A stretch of 64,000 nt of DNA from Candidatus Latescibacterota bacterium (GTDB lineage Bacteria; Latescibacterota; UBA2968; UBA8231). The position numbers and the translations under genes are program-made. Under the pieces are notes generated by a model. It saw nothing but the letters and a program-made list of their open reading frames with translations. It was not told the DNA's origin and searched no databases. Where the stretch lies: positions 320,001-384,000 of the forward strand of contig OZ241362.1 in the NCBI GenBank assembly GCA_965200315.1, read 5' to 3'. Below are positions 18,316 to 27,249 of the stretch, in pieces. Positions within the stretch are counted from its first letter, which is position 1; each line of letters begins with the position of its first letter.

Positions 18316-20232
18316 GTGCAACTAAGGCGAGAGGGAGCCATGCTCTGGGCGATCCTAATCGCCGCCCTCGGCGTGCGCTTAGCTTATCTCTACGAGGCGG
18401 TTGATACGCCGCTCTTCGACGTCCTCCTGATTGACTCCGAATTTTACGACCGTCGCGCCCGGGCCATTATCGCGGGCGATTGGCTGGGCGACCAGCCCTT
18501 CTTTATGAATCCGTTTTACTCCTACTTCTTGGCCGTCATTTACTCGCTTTTTGGTGCTGAATACTGGTGGGTTGGCTTGGTGCAGGCGGCACTGGGGACG
18601 GGCAGTTGCTATTTGATCTACGCACTGGGCCGGAAATTGTGGAGAGCGCAAATTGGCTTGTTGGCCGCTGGCATGGCGGCGATCTATCAGCCGTATGTGT
18701 TCTACGACGGGGCACTGCTGACCGCTGCGCCGATCACCTTTTTGAATCTCGCGGCCCTGTATTGCTTGGCGCACGCGCAAGGTGCAGCGCGCTGGCTGTT
18801 GGCTGCGGGCCTGCTGTTGGGGCTTTCGGCTACGGCGCGGCCCATGGTCTTGCTATTTGTCGCGGTGGTCGCGGGCTGGTTTGTTGCACAGTGGGGACGG
18901 CGCGGGTTGCGGCCGTGGGGGTTGGTGGCTGTGGGCTGTGGCCTCGTAGTGGGGGCGGTGGCTTGCCGTAACTATCTCGTCGGAGGGGAATGGCTGCTGA
19001 CCACGTCCTCAGCCGGGATGAATTTCTACGTGGGCAATCATCCCGAGGCCAACGGCATCTACGCGCAGGTCGATTTCCTGCCTAGCGCCGAGCCGGACTT
19101 GGAGCGCGAAGCGTTTATCCGCGAGGCCGAGGCGCGCACGGGCGAGGAACTGACCCCGGCTCAAGCCTCCAGATTTTGGCTGATGGCTGGCTTGCGCTTT
19201 GCCGTGGAAAATCCCCTCGCGTATCTGGCGTTACAAGGCCGCAAACTCTACATGTTCTGGAACGGAGTCGAGGCACAAAACAACCTGAGTCTGTATTTGG
19301 CGCGGGACTTTGTGCCCCTGTTGCACTGGTGCGTTCTGGGGTGGGGGATAGTGGCTCCGCTGGCGGTCCTGGGCTGGGCCACTAGTCGCCGCTCGTTATT
19401 GCTCGACCTGTATCTGGCGAGCTATCTGGCTGCGTGTCTGCTGTTTTTCACGTCCTCGGAATACCGCCTGCCCGTCGCGCCGGTGATTCTGCTCTACGCC
19501 GCTTGCTGGCTTGCCAAGGTCGTGGCTTGGGCAACGGACGGGGCGTATCGTCGGCTGCTGGGGTCGTGCCTGTTGGTGGCCTTAGTCGCGCTGCCGATTA
19601 ATTATCGGGACGCCGGAGCCGAGCGGTTGACCCGCAAACGCGTTGATTACTACAACTTCGGTGCCTTGTACCAACGCCGTGGGGATTGGGTGGCGGCCGA
19701 GAACATGTTCCGCGAGGCCCTGCGCATTGACCCGTCATTTGCTCCCGCCGCCTCTGGTCTAGCGGCCGTGTTGGCACAGCAAGAAGGCGGCGACCCGGCC
19801 ATCAGACGTGGGTTAGAGCTCTTCGGCGCGGGGGAATACGAGGCGGCGATTGCAGCCTTTAGCCGCGCCCAGCCCTCGCCCGGCCTGCACAACAACCTCG
19901 GCCTGTGCTATTATCGCCTTGGTCAATGGAGCGAGGCCGCCGCGCACTTCCACAAGGCCCTCGCGCTCGACGCTAGCTACGCCCGAGCGCATTTTAATCT
20001 CGGCTTGGTGTATGCCAAGCAGGGCGATGACCAAGCTGCGGCGGATGCCTTTGCCCAAGCACTCGAACTTGACCCCAACCACGCCCAAGCGCACTATCGG
20101 CGCGGAGAAGTGCTGTTGCGCTTGGGGCGTTCCGGCGCAGCAGAAGCCCACTGGGCTTTTTTGCGTACGCGCAATCCCGACGATGCGCGCTTGCAGGTGA
20201 AAATCGATTCCATGACGCAGGCTACCCCTTGA
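18316..20232 (+). CDS. GT-C (PMT/ArnT-like) glycosyltransferase with C-terminal TPRs
   Basis: IDSEFYD..A, PFFMNPFYSYFL, ARP, GMNFYVGN, EYRLP; TPRs HNNLGLCYY and HFNLGLVYAKQG. Start is GTG 18316 or ATG 18340. Confidence 0.82.
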   Translation: MQLRREGAMLWAILIAALGVRLAYLYEAVDTPLFDVLLIDSEFYDRRARAIIAGDWLGDQPFFMNPFYSYFLAVIYSLFGAEYWWVGLVQAALGTGSCYLIYALGRKLWRAQIGLLAAGMAAIYQPYVFYDGALLTAAPITFLNLAALYCLAHAQGAARWLLAAGLLLGLSATARPMVLLFVAVVAGWFVAQWGRRGLRPWGLVAVGCGLVVGAVACRNYLVGGEWLLTTSSAGMNFYVGNHPEANGIYAQVDFLPSAEPDLEREAFIREAEARTGEELTPAQASRFWLMAGLRFAVENPLAYLALQGRKLYMFWNGVEAQNNLSLYLARDFVPLLHWCVLGWGIVAPLAVLGWATSRRSLLLDLYLASYLAACLLFFTSSEYRLPVAPVILLYAACWLAKVVAWATDGAYRRLLGSCLLVALVALPINYRDAGAERLTRKRVDYYNFGALYQRRGDWVAAENMFREALRIDPSFAPAASGLAAVLAQQEGGDPAIRRGLELFGAGEYEAAIAAFSRAQPSPGLHNNLGLCYYRLGQWSEAAAHFHKALALDASYARAHFNLGLVYAKQGDDQAAADAFAQALELDPNHAQAHYRRGEVLLRLGRSGAAEAHWAFLRTRNPDDARLQVKIDSMTQATP

Positions 20233-22370
20233 AAGCTACTCTTTGCGTACGCGGTGCCCGGGCGGGCGGTTTGGCCAATGTCGATATGGACTTGCCGTTG
20301 GGCCGGATCATTTGCTTTACCGGCCGCAGTAGCAGTGGTCGCCGCGCCATGGCCTTGGACATTCTGTACGCGGAGAGCCGCCGGCGCTACATGCAGGCCC
20401 TGTCTCCGGCCGAACGAGAAAGCGTCAGTGGGACAGCGCGCGCCGATGTGGAAGAAATTTCGGGCTTGCCACCGGCCATTTACTTGGGGCTTCGACCTGA
20501 GCTCAGCCGAAGGGCACCGCGACGCGGGCGCACGGTGGGGGACTACTTGCAGCTAGACGGGATTTTGGCGCAGATCATGCTGGAAGAGGGACAGATGCAC
20601 TGCCTCGAATGCGGCGGCCGCTGTCGCAGCTATGCGGCCGATGAGGTTGAGTGCGAGGTCGCCCGCGTCTATCCAGACACCCGCTGTTTGGTGTTGGCTC
20701 CGTTGGCTCTGCGGAACGAGGGAATGTGGCAACAACTCGTGCAGGCTGGATTTACGCGGGTCGCAATCGATGGCCAGATCCAGCGGTTGGAAGGCGACGG
20801 CCCGGCACTGCCGAGCGGCGAAAGCGAAGTACACGTCGTGGTGGATCGCTTAGTGCCAGACCCGAATGCCAGCGTGCGCTTTTTGGAAGCCGTGCGCGTG
20901 AGCCGCTCTATTTCCTCGGGGCAGACGGTGGTTTGGGTAGATGGGACCAGCGAGAGGATGCACTTGAACCAGCAGCCAACTTGCGGCGAATGCGGTCGCC
21001 AGTACGAGCCGCTAGCTGCGGCTGACTTCGGCACCGGCCAGTCTTTGGCCGGTCAGGTGACCCTACACGGTCGCACCATAGACGAACTAATGGACGCTTC
21101 CCTCGGCTCATTGCGCGATTGGCTGGATAGGGGCGAGGGACACGCGAAAGTAGAGACTGCGCTCGCCGCGATCTGTAGCTTGGGGCTGGGGCATCTACCG
21201 TTGAGCTGTCGGCTCGAATCGCTGGCGGCTGGCGAGTGGCAGCGATTGCAATTGGCGTCCTGCCTCAGCAGCGGTCTGACCGGTATCCTCTACATTTGGG
21301 AGGGATTGGGCAGCCAATTGTCAGGAGAAATGCTAGATGCGGCCGCAGCGGGTCTGCGCCGATTAGTCTCTGGTGGCAATACCGCGCTATTGTTGGATCA
21401 CGCGCCTGCACTCGTGGCGGTCGCGGACGAAGTCTGGTCGTTTGCAGGAGGGCAAGTGCAGGTAGGGGAGGCGGCTGAAATTGAGCGGGATGAAGCGGCT
21501 GAAAAACGGGTCGCCGAGCAAGTTAAGCCAGCGTTGGTCATTCGCGGGGACGGTGTGATCGGGCCGCTTGCCATCGAACTGCCGCACGGGAAGTTGACCT
21601 GCGTATGCGGGCCTTCCGGCAGCGGCAAGACCCGCCTGCTGCACGAAGTTTTGCTGCCGTTGCTCAAGGGGCGGTCCGTTGAGTACTCCGCTGTGGGCTT
21701 GCCCCGCAACAGCCGCGTTGTAACGGTAGAAGCCTCCAGCGGCAAGGCTACGGTTTTGGAGGGGCTGGGCCTTTTTGAGCGCGTCGCCGATTTATATGCC
21801 GCATCGCCCACTGCAACGGCGCGCGGCTGGGGCCGGGACGTCTTCTTGTTGAATCGACCGGGAGGCCGTTGTCCGAACTGCGAAGGCCGCGGCCAATGCT
21901 ACTTCGATTTGGAGTTCCTAGAGGATATAGCGCTGGTGTGCGACGCTTGCGAAGGCCGCAGGTACCGAGACGAAACCTGCGAGGTGACCTTGCGCGGCGC
22001 GAGCATCGCCGATGTGTTGGGCATGACCTTGGAACAGGCTTGTACCCACTTTGCCCGGCACGACCCCATCCGCCCACGCCTAAAGGCCGCCGTCGGCTGC
22101 GGCCTCGGCTATCTGCTTTTGGGGCAGGAGGTGCAGAAACTGGAGCGGGGGGAGTGGTTGCGGTTGCGGCTGGCGCTCGAATCGACGCGGGCCTCCCGGC
22201 GCACTTGGGTGCTGATCGACGACCCGGCCAGCGGCGATCATCGAGAAGACGTGCGCTTGATGATGGCGGCCTTGCGGGGATTGGTAGATCGAGGGGCCAC
22301 GGTGGTCGCTGCCGACCAGCATCTAACGGTAAAAGTAGCTGCGGATTGGGTGGTGAATTTGGAGCGGTAA
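20229..22370 (+). CDS. Divergent UvrA-like protein with degenerate ATPase motifs
   Basis: UvrA-like N-terminus (VRGAR...LYAESRRRYMQALS...GLPPAI), CxxC zinc motifs, GGRCPNCEGRG...CDACEGRRY, SIADVL.MT, GLGYLLLGQ. Confidence 0.85.
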   Translation: MKATLCVRGARAGGLANVDMDLPLGRIICFTGRSSSGRRAMALDILYAESRRRYMQALSPAERESVSGTARADVEEISGLPPAIYLGLRPELSRRAPRRGRTVGDYLQLDGILAQIMLEEGQMHCLECGGRCRSYAADEVECEVARVYPDTRCLVLAPLALRNEGMWQQLVQAGFTRVAIDGQIQRLEGDGPALPSGESEVHVVVDRLVPDPNASVRFLEAVRVSRSISSGQTVVWVDGTSERMHLNQQPTCGECGRQYEPLAAADFGTGQSLAGQVTLHGRTIDELMDASLGSLRDWLDRGEGHAKVETALAAICSLGLGHLPLSCRLESLAAGEWQRLQLASCLSSGLTGILYIWEGLGSQLSGEMLDAAAAGLRRLVSGGNTALLLDHAPALVAVADEVWSFAGGQVQVGEAAEIERDEAAEKRVAEQVKPALVIRGDGVIGPLAIELPHGKLTCVCGPSGSGKTRLLHEVLLPLLKGRSVEYSAVGLPRNSRVVTVEASSGKATVLEGLGLFERVADLYAASPTATARGWGRDVFLLNRPGGRCPNCEGRGQCYFDLEFLEDIALVCDACEGRRYRDETCEVTLRGASIADVLGMTLEQACTHFARHDPIRPRLKAAVGCGLGYLLLGQEVQKLERGEWLRLRLALESTRASRRTWVLIDDPASGDHREDVRLMMAALRGLVDRGATVVAADQHLTVKVAADWVVNLER

Positions 22371-22400
22371 AAGGTCGTAACGTCGTTGCGACATATTACC

Positions 22401-22429
22401 TTGCGGGATGTATCACTCCTATCTATCTT
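22401..22429 (+). promoter_or_regulatory. Putative sigma70 promoter of the CBS-korAB operon
   Basis: TTGCGG-17 bp-TATCTT. Confidence 0.5.
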
Positions 22430-22501
22430 AATTTTGCTATAGATGATCCAGTAAACTAGGTGAATAATGCGGTATTCAAGCCCCAAGAAAGGGGCTTTCC
22501 A

Positions 22502-22969
22502 ATGAAGGTCGTGCAGAAGTTACAAGAAGAGGCCATCGGCCATCTGGATTTGGACGGGTATGCCCTGTGCGAGCCGCAGGAGTCGGTGCTTGACGTACTC
22601 AAGAAAATGCGCCACCAACACGTCAGTGCCGCGCTGGTGGAAGAGGATGGCCGCTTGGTGGGGATTTTTACCGAGCGCGATGTGCTCACTAAGGTGACTG
22701 ACCAGCCGGCGACGTGGACGCGGGCGGTGGCCGAATTGATGACCTGCGATCCGCATAGCTTGGATGCCCAGCAGCCGATCAGCAGCGCCCTGCAGCTGAT
22801 GAACGCTGGGGACTATCGCAACGTGCCGATTGTGGATGAAGACGGCCGCATAAAGGGGAATTTGCCCCAACACGAGGTCATCCGCTTTCTCACCGATCAG
22901 TTTCCCGAAGACATCTACAATTTGCCACCGGATCCCGAGCGCATAGCTCGCACCAAAGAGGGTGCTTGA
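22502..22969 (+). CDS. CBS-pair protein
   Basis: LVGIFTERDVL, LMT.DP, YRNVPIVD; ATG 22502 after AAAGGGG. Confidence 0.88.
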   Translation: MKVVQKLQEEAIGHLDLDGYALCEPQESVLDVLKKMRHQHVSAALVEEDGRLVGIFTERDVLTKVTDQPATWTRAVAELMTCDPHSLDAQQPISSALQLMNAGDYRNVPIVDEDGRIKGNLPQHEVIRFLTDQFPEDIYNLPPDPERIARTKEGA

Positions 22970-23017
22970 GCATGCGTTGCGGATTGAGATTTTTTTCTTT
23001 TTAAGGAGGTCGTGTGC

Positions 23018-24886
23018 ATGGCCGAAATCGTGGCCCCATCGGCACCTAGGCGAGCGTACTCGCAAGAAGAGCGCCAATCTGTAGTTATCGCATTTTCCGG
23101 CGATTCGGGCGATGGGATGCAGCTAACCGGCGGTCAGTTTACCAATACTTCGGCCGTGATGGGCAACGACGTCAGTACCTTTCCCGACATTCCCGCTGAA
23201 ATCCGCGCCCCGGCCGGGACCATTCCCGGGCTGAGCGGCTATCAGGTCAACTTTGCCGCCAATGATCTCTACACGGCAGGCGATTCGCCCCAAGTGCTGG
23301 TGGCGATGAACCCGGCTGCGCTCAAAGCCAACTTGATCGATCTCGAGTCGGGCGGAACCATCATCGTCAATACCGATCCGTTCAACCGCAATGGCCTGCG
23401 CAAGGCCGGATACGAGAAAAACCCGCTCGAAGACGGCAGCCTCAGCGGCTACGACGTGCATCCGGTCCCCTTGACCACCCTGACCCGCAATGCCCTCGCC
23501 GACATCGAAGGCATGAGCAACCAAGCAAAGGACATGTGCAAGAATGCCTTTGTCTTGGGCTTGGTGTTCTGGATGTTCGACCGCCCGCTCGACTACACGC
23601 TCAAGTTCTACCAGACCAAGTTCGCCGGTCGGCCCGAGGTAGTTGAGGCCAATACGAGGGCCTTGAAAGCAGGCTACTACTACGGAGAAACAGCCGAGAC
23701 CTTTCAGACGCAGATCTCGGTGCCGAAACGGCAGATTGTCGAACCGGGAGTATACAAGCGGATCACTGGCAATGAGGCGCTTGTCTTGGGGCTAGTAACG
23801 GCCGCGCAAAAGGCCGGCAAACCGCTCTTTTACGGCTCGTATCCCATCACGCCGGCTAGTACCATCCTAGAGGGCTTGTCCGCGCTGAAGAACTTTGACG
23901 TGCGCACGTTCCAGGCCGAGGACGAAATCGCGGCCATGGGGTCGGTGATTGGCGCGTCTTTTGCCGGCAGCCTCGCGGCTACTGCCAGCAGTGGCCCGGG
24001 CATCGCGCTCAAGAGCGAGGGGATCAACTTGGCTGTAGTTATGGAACTGCCGCTGGTGGTCATTGACGTGCAGCGCGGCGGTCCTAGCACGGGCTTGCCC
24101 ACCAAGACCGAGCAGGCCGATTTGCTGGAGGTGCTCTACGGGCGCAACGGCGAAAGCCCGATCCCGGTCCTTGCTGCGGCCACCCCGGGCGAATGCTTCG
24201 ACATGGTCATCGAGGCCTTTCGCATTGCCATTCGCTACATGACGCCGGTTTTTCTGCTGTCTGACGGCTATGTGGCCAATAACTCCGAGCCGTGGAAAAT
24301 ACCAGACCCGGCTCTAATCGCGGCCATTGATGCCGAGCCGTACACCGATGCCGACGGCTACCAACCTTACATGCGCGACCCACAGACCTTGTCTAGGCCT
24401 TGGGTCGTGCCGGGGACGCCGGGAATGGAGCACCGGATCGGCGGCTTGGGCAAGCAGGATGTGACGGGTAATGTCTCCTACGCGCCTGCAGACCACGAGC
24501 GCATCGTCCGCGTCCGGGCCGACAAAATCCGCGGCATTGCCGATTTTATTCCCGAACTGGAAGTGACCGGCCCCGACCAAGGGGACCTGCTGGTCTTGGG
24601 TTGGGGAGGGACTTACGGTGCCATTCGCGCAGCCGTTGAGCAGGTGCAGGACGAGGGCCTCGACGTGGCCTACGCGCACCTGCGCTACTTGAATCCGTTT
24701 CCCCGCAATTTTGGCAATGTGCTCGGCCGCTACAAGCAAGTGTTGGTGCCCGAGCTAAACTTGGGCCAATTGGCCCTGTTGGTCCAAGCGCACTTTCCAG
24801 TGCGCGTCGTCAAGTTGAACAAGGTCCAAGGATGCCCTTTCCAAATTCGGGAAGTGGCCGACAAAATTCGCCAAGTGGTAAGCTAA
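23018..24886 (+). CDS. korA: 2-oxoacid:ferredoxin oxidoreductase alpha subunit (gamma-alpha fusion)
   Basis: GDSGDGMQLTG, YPITPAS, QAEDEIAA, SGPGIALKSE, QRGGPSTGLPTK; RBS AAGGAGG. Confidence 0.94.
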   Translation: MAEIVAPSAPRRAYSQEERQSVVIAFSGDSGDGMQLTGGQFTNTSAVMGNDVSTFPDIPAEIRAPAGTIPGLSGYQVNFAANDLYTAGDSPQVLVAMNPAALKANLIDLESGGTIIVNTDPFNRNGLRKAGYEKNPLEDGSLSGYDVHPVPLTTLTRNALADIEGMSNQAKDMCKNAFVLGLVFWMFDRPLDYTLKFYQTKFAGRPEVVEANTRALKAGYYYGETAETFQTQISVPKRQIVEPGVYKRITGNEALVLGLVTAAQKAGKPLFYGSYPITPASTILEGLSALKNFDVRTFQAEDEIAAMGSVIGASFAGSLAATASSGPGIALKSEGINLAVVMELPLVVIDVQRGGPSTGLPTKTEQADLLEVLYGRNGESPIPVLAAATPGECFDMVIEAFRIAIRYMTPVFLLSDGYVANNSEPWKIPDPALIAAIDAEPYTDADGYQPYMRDPQTLSRPWVVPGTPGMEHRIGGLGKQDVTGNVSYAPADHERIVRVRADKIRGIADFIPELEVTGPDQGDLLVLGWGGTYGAIRAAVEQVQDEGLDVAYAHLRYLNPFPRNFGNVLGRYKQVLVPELNLGQLALLVQAHFPVRVVKLNKVQGCPFQIREVADKIRQVVS

Positions 24887-24901
24887 AGTAGGGAGATCGA
24901 G

Positions 24902-25921
24902 ATGGCCGAAGCTGTTGTAGAAACTGGGCTGAGCCGCAAGGATTTCGTTTCTGACCAAGAGGTCCGCTGGTGCCCCGGGTGCGGCGACTACGCGATTTTG
25001 GCCCAAATGCAAAAGATATTGCCTGAAGTGGGAATCCCGCGGGAAAACATCGTCTTCGTCTCTGGGATCGGCTGCTCTAGCCGTTTTCCCTACTACATGA
25101 ATACGTACGGTGTGCATTCGATCCACGGGCGTGCGCCCACGATCGCCACGGGAATCAAGACGGCCAACCCGGATTTGAGCGTCTGGGTCATCACCGGCGA
25201 TGGCGATGGGCTGTCGATTGGGGGCAATCACCTCTTGCACAGCCTCCGGCGCAATGTCGATCTGAAGATCCTTCTGTTCAACAACCGCATCTACGGGCTT
25301 ACCAAGGGTCAGTACTCGCCGACCTCGCTGCTAGGGCACCGCACCACGTCCACCCCCATGGGGTCAATTGACTATCCGCTCAACCCCATATCCGTGGCGC
25401 TGAGTGCCGAAGCGACTTTTGTCGCCCGCACACAGGACACCAATACCAAGCACTTGAGCTATGTGCTCAGGCGAGCTGCTGAACATCAGGGAGCAGCCTT
25501 TGTCGAGATCTACCAAAACTGCGTTGTGCTCAACCCCACAGCTTGGGAGCACACCACAGATTCAGACGTGCGCGACGACAATATCGTGTTCTTAGAAGAG
25601 GGGGAGCCTCTCATCTTTGGCAGGGATCGGGACCGGGGCATCCGCATGAACGGTACCGAACCTGAGGTTGTCGCGCTCAGCGATGTGGCCCCAGATGAGT
25701 TGGTCGTGCATCGCGAAGGGCGCGAAAACGCCAGCTATGCCTATATGCTCAGTCGGATGGAGTACCCGTCGCGGCCGCTGCCCTTTGGTGTGCTGCGCGC
25801 CCTCGACCGGCCAACCTATACTGACTTACTGCTCGACCAAATCGACGCGATGGCCCAACAACGGGGTGCCGGCGACCTCGCGACTCTCTTCAACGCTGGC
25901 GATACTTGGGTCGTCGACTAG
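24902..25921 (+). CDS. korB: 2-oxoacid:ferredoxin oxidoreductase beta subunit
   Basis: WCPGCGD, SGIGCSSR, IHGRA, TPP-binding GDGD...NNRIYGLTKGQYSPT. Confidence 0.95.
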   Translation: MAEAVVETGLSRKDFVSDQEVRWCPGCGDYAILAQMQKILPEVGIPRENIVFVSGIGCSSRFPYYMNTYGVHSIHGRAPTIATGIKTANPDLSVWVITGDGDGLSIGGNHLLHSLRRNVDLKILLFNNRIYGLTKGQYSPTSLLGHRTTSTPMGSIDYPLNPISVALSAEATFVARTQDTNTKHLSYVLRRAAEHQGAAFVEIYQNCVVLNPTAWEHTTDSDVRDDNIVFLEEGEPLIFGRDRDRGIRMNGTEPEVVALSDVAPDELVVHREGRENASYAYMLSRMEYPSRPLPFGVLRALDRPTYTDLLLDQIDAMAQQRGAGDLATLFNAGDTWVVD

Positions 25922-25936
25922 GAAAAGGAGGCCCGG

Positions 25937-26455
25937 GTGATTTGTCCTTCGTGCTCCCACGACAATATCGCTGGCGTCGATGCCTGCGAGGAGTGCGGCC
26001 AGAGCCTGAGCGAAGCGTACCAAAATTGGGGAAGCGGGGAGTACAAGGAAATTTTCACCGAGCCGCTTTCCGCGCTCAATCCGCAGGAGATGGTCTGCGT
26101 GTCGCCGACTACTTCGTTGGCCAAGGTCATCTCCTTGCTCAAGGAGCGGCACGTCGGTTGCGTGTTAATAACCGGCGAGAGCGGGCAGTTAATTGGCATA
26201 TTTACCGAGCGCGACGTCCTCTACCGGGTGGCGGGCTTGATCAGCAATTTGGAACAGATCGCGGTCGAGAGCCTAATGACGCCGCGACCCACCGCGCTCA
26301 AAGCCGATGCTGCCGTGCAGCACGCCTTGCATTTGATGAGTATCCACGGCTTTCGCCATGTGCCGCTATTGGACGATGACGACCGCCCGGTTGGCTTGGT
26401 CTCGTTTAGGTACATAGTCCGTTTTATCGAAGAGAATTTTTCCTCCGCAGCTTGA
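25937..26455 (+). CDS. Zinc-ribbon + CBS-pair protein
   Basis: MICPSCSHDN...CEECGQSL followed by LIGIFTERDVL and FRHVPLLD. Confidence 0.88.
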   Translation: MICPSCSHDNIAGVDACEECGQSLSEAYQNWGSGEYKEIFTEPLSALNPQEMVCVSPTTSLAKVISLLKERHVGCVLITGESGQLIGIFTERDVLYRVAGLISNLEQIAVESLMTPRPTALKADAAVQHALHLMSIHGFRHVPLLDDDDRPVGLVSFRYIVRFIEENFSSAA

Positions 26456-26457
26456 GC

Positions 26458-26488
26458 GAGTTGGCCGTCGGGCTAGCTCCAGTTTTTT
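26458..26488 (+). terminator. Rho-independent terminator
   Basis: GAGTTGGCC-loop-GGCTAGCTC hairpin followed by CAGTTTTTT immediately after the CBS stop codon. Confidence 0.55.
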
Positions 26489-26504
26489 GAAAGGCGGTTG
26501 TGCT

Positions 26505-26987
26505 ATGTCCTTGAGCCGCAAGGCGATATGTTCGCTCCTCGCGTTGGTACTGTTGAGTCCCCTAGGGGTTAGAGCTGAACTAGACTGGGCCACCCTGAAC
26601 AGCACGCGCGAGGTCACCGAAGCCAAGTGGTTGCAGTTACAACTGTCCGTATTGGGGTTAAAACTGAGCTATCCGGCCTACCGCATTGACCTAAAGCTGA
26701 CCGAAGACTCGGCGATTGAATTTACCTTTGTCGCCAGTAGCGGGATGGCCAAGCATCTGACCGAAGAGCTGGGCAAAAGCGAAGCCGACGAGGTTATTTC
26801 CTACCACGCGCAGGGCATAAGCGATCAAGTAGAAACATTGATCCACGACGAGTTCCCGAACTTGTGGTCGAGCTTTGACCCCCGCCAAGATATTCGCGGG
26901 CAATTTCTCGGCCCAAGCGAGAAATGGAACGACCCACCGCGAGAAATTGGCACTTGGTTGGAAAACAAATTCTCTTGGGGGCGCTGA
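26505..26987 (+). CDS. Hypothetical exported protein
   Basis: Signal peptide (SRKAICSLLALVLLSPLGVRA); host-like codon usage. Confidence 0.7.
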   Translation: MSLSRKAICSLLALVLLSPLGVRAELDWATLNSTREVTEAKWLQLQLSVLGLKLSYPAYRIDLKLTEDSAIEFTFVASSGMAKHLTEELGKSEADEVISYHAQGISDQVETLIHDEFPNLWSSFDPRQDIRGQFLGPSEKWNDPPREIGTWLENKFSWGR

Positions 26988-26999
26988 GGGCCAGTGCCG

Positions 27000-27236
27000 T
27001 TATTCCGGGTCGCGGTGGGGCATTGCCCCGTGCGTTGATTCGTCGAGGGAGATGTCCTTGTCGATGACCGGCTCTTCGGTGGTAACGATCCAGCCGCGCA
27101 CCCGCCGACCGAAGACATTAATCTCCTTGCGCTGGGCGTCGACTACCTTGGACGAAGCGGTGTGCCGCTCTTTGTTGATACAAAAAAAAGTGTGCCGGCG
27201 CGTCGTGCCTTTTTCTTTTCCTTCCATGCGTTCCAT
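27000..27236 (-). CDS. Small hypothetical protein
   Basis: ATG at 27236 preceded by GAGGG; lies directly downstream of hemE on the same strand. Confidence 0.55.
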   Translation of the reverse strand: MERMEGKEKGTTRRHTFFCINKERHTASSKVVDAQRKEINVFGRRVRGWIVTTEEPVIDKDISLDESTHGAMPHRDPE

Positions 27237-27249
27237 CCGCCGTACCCTC

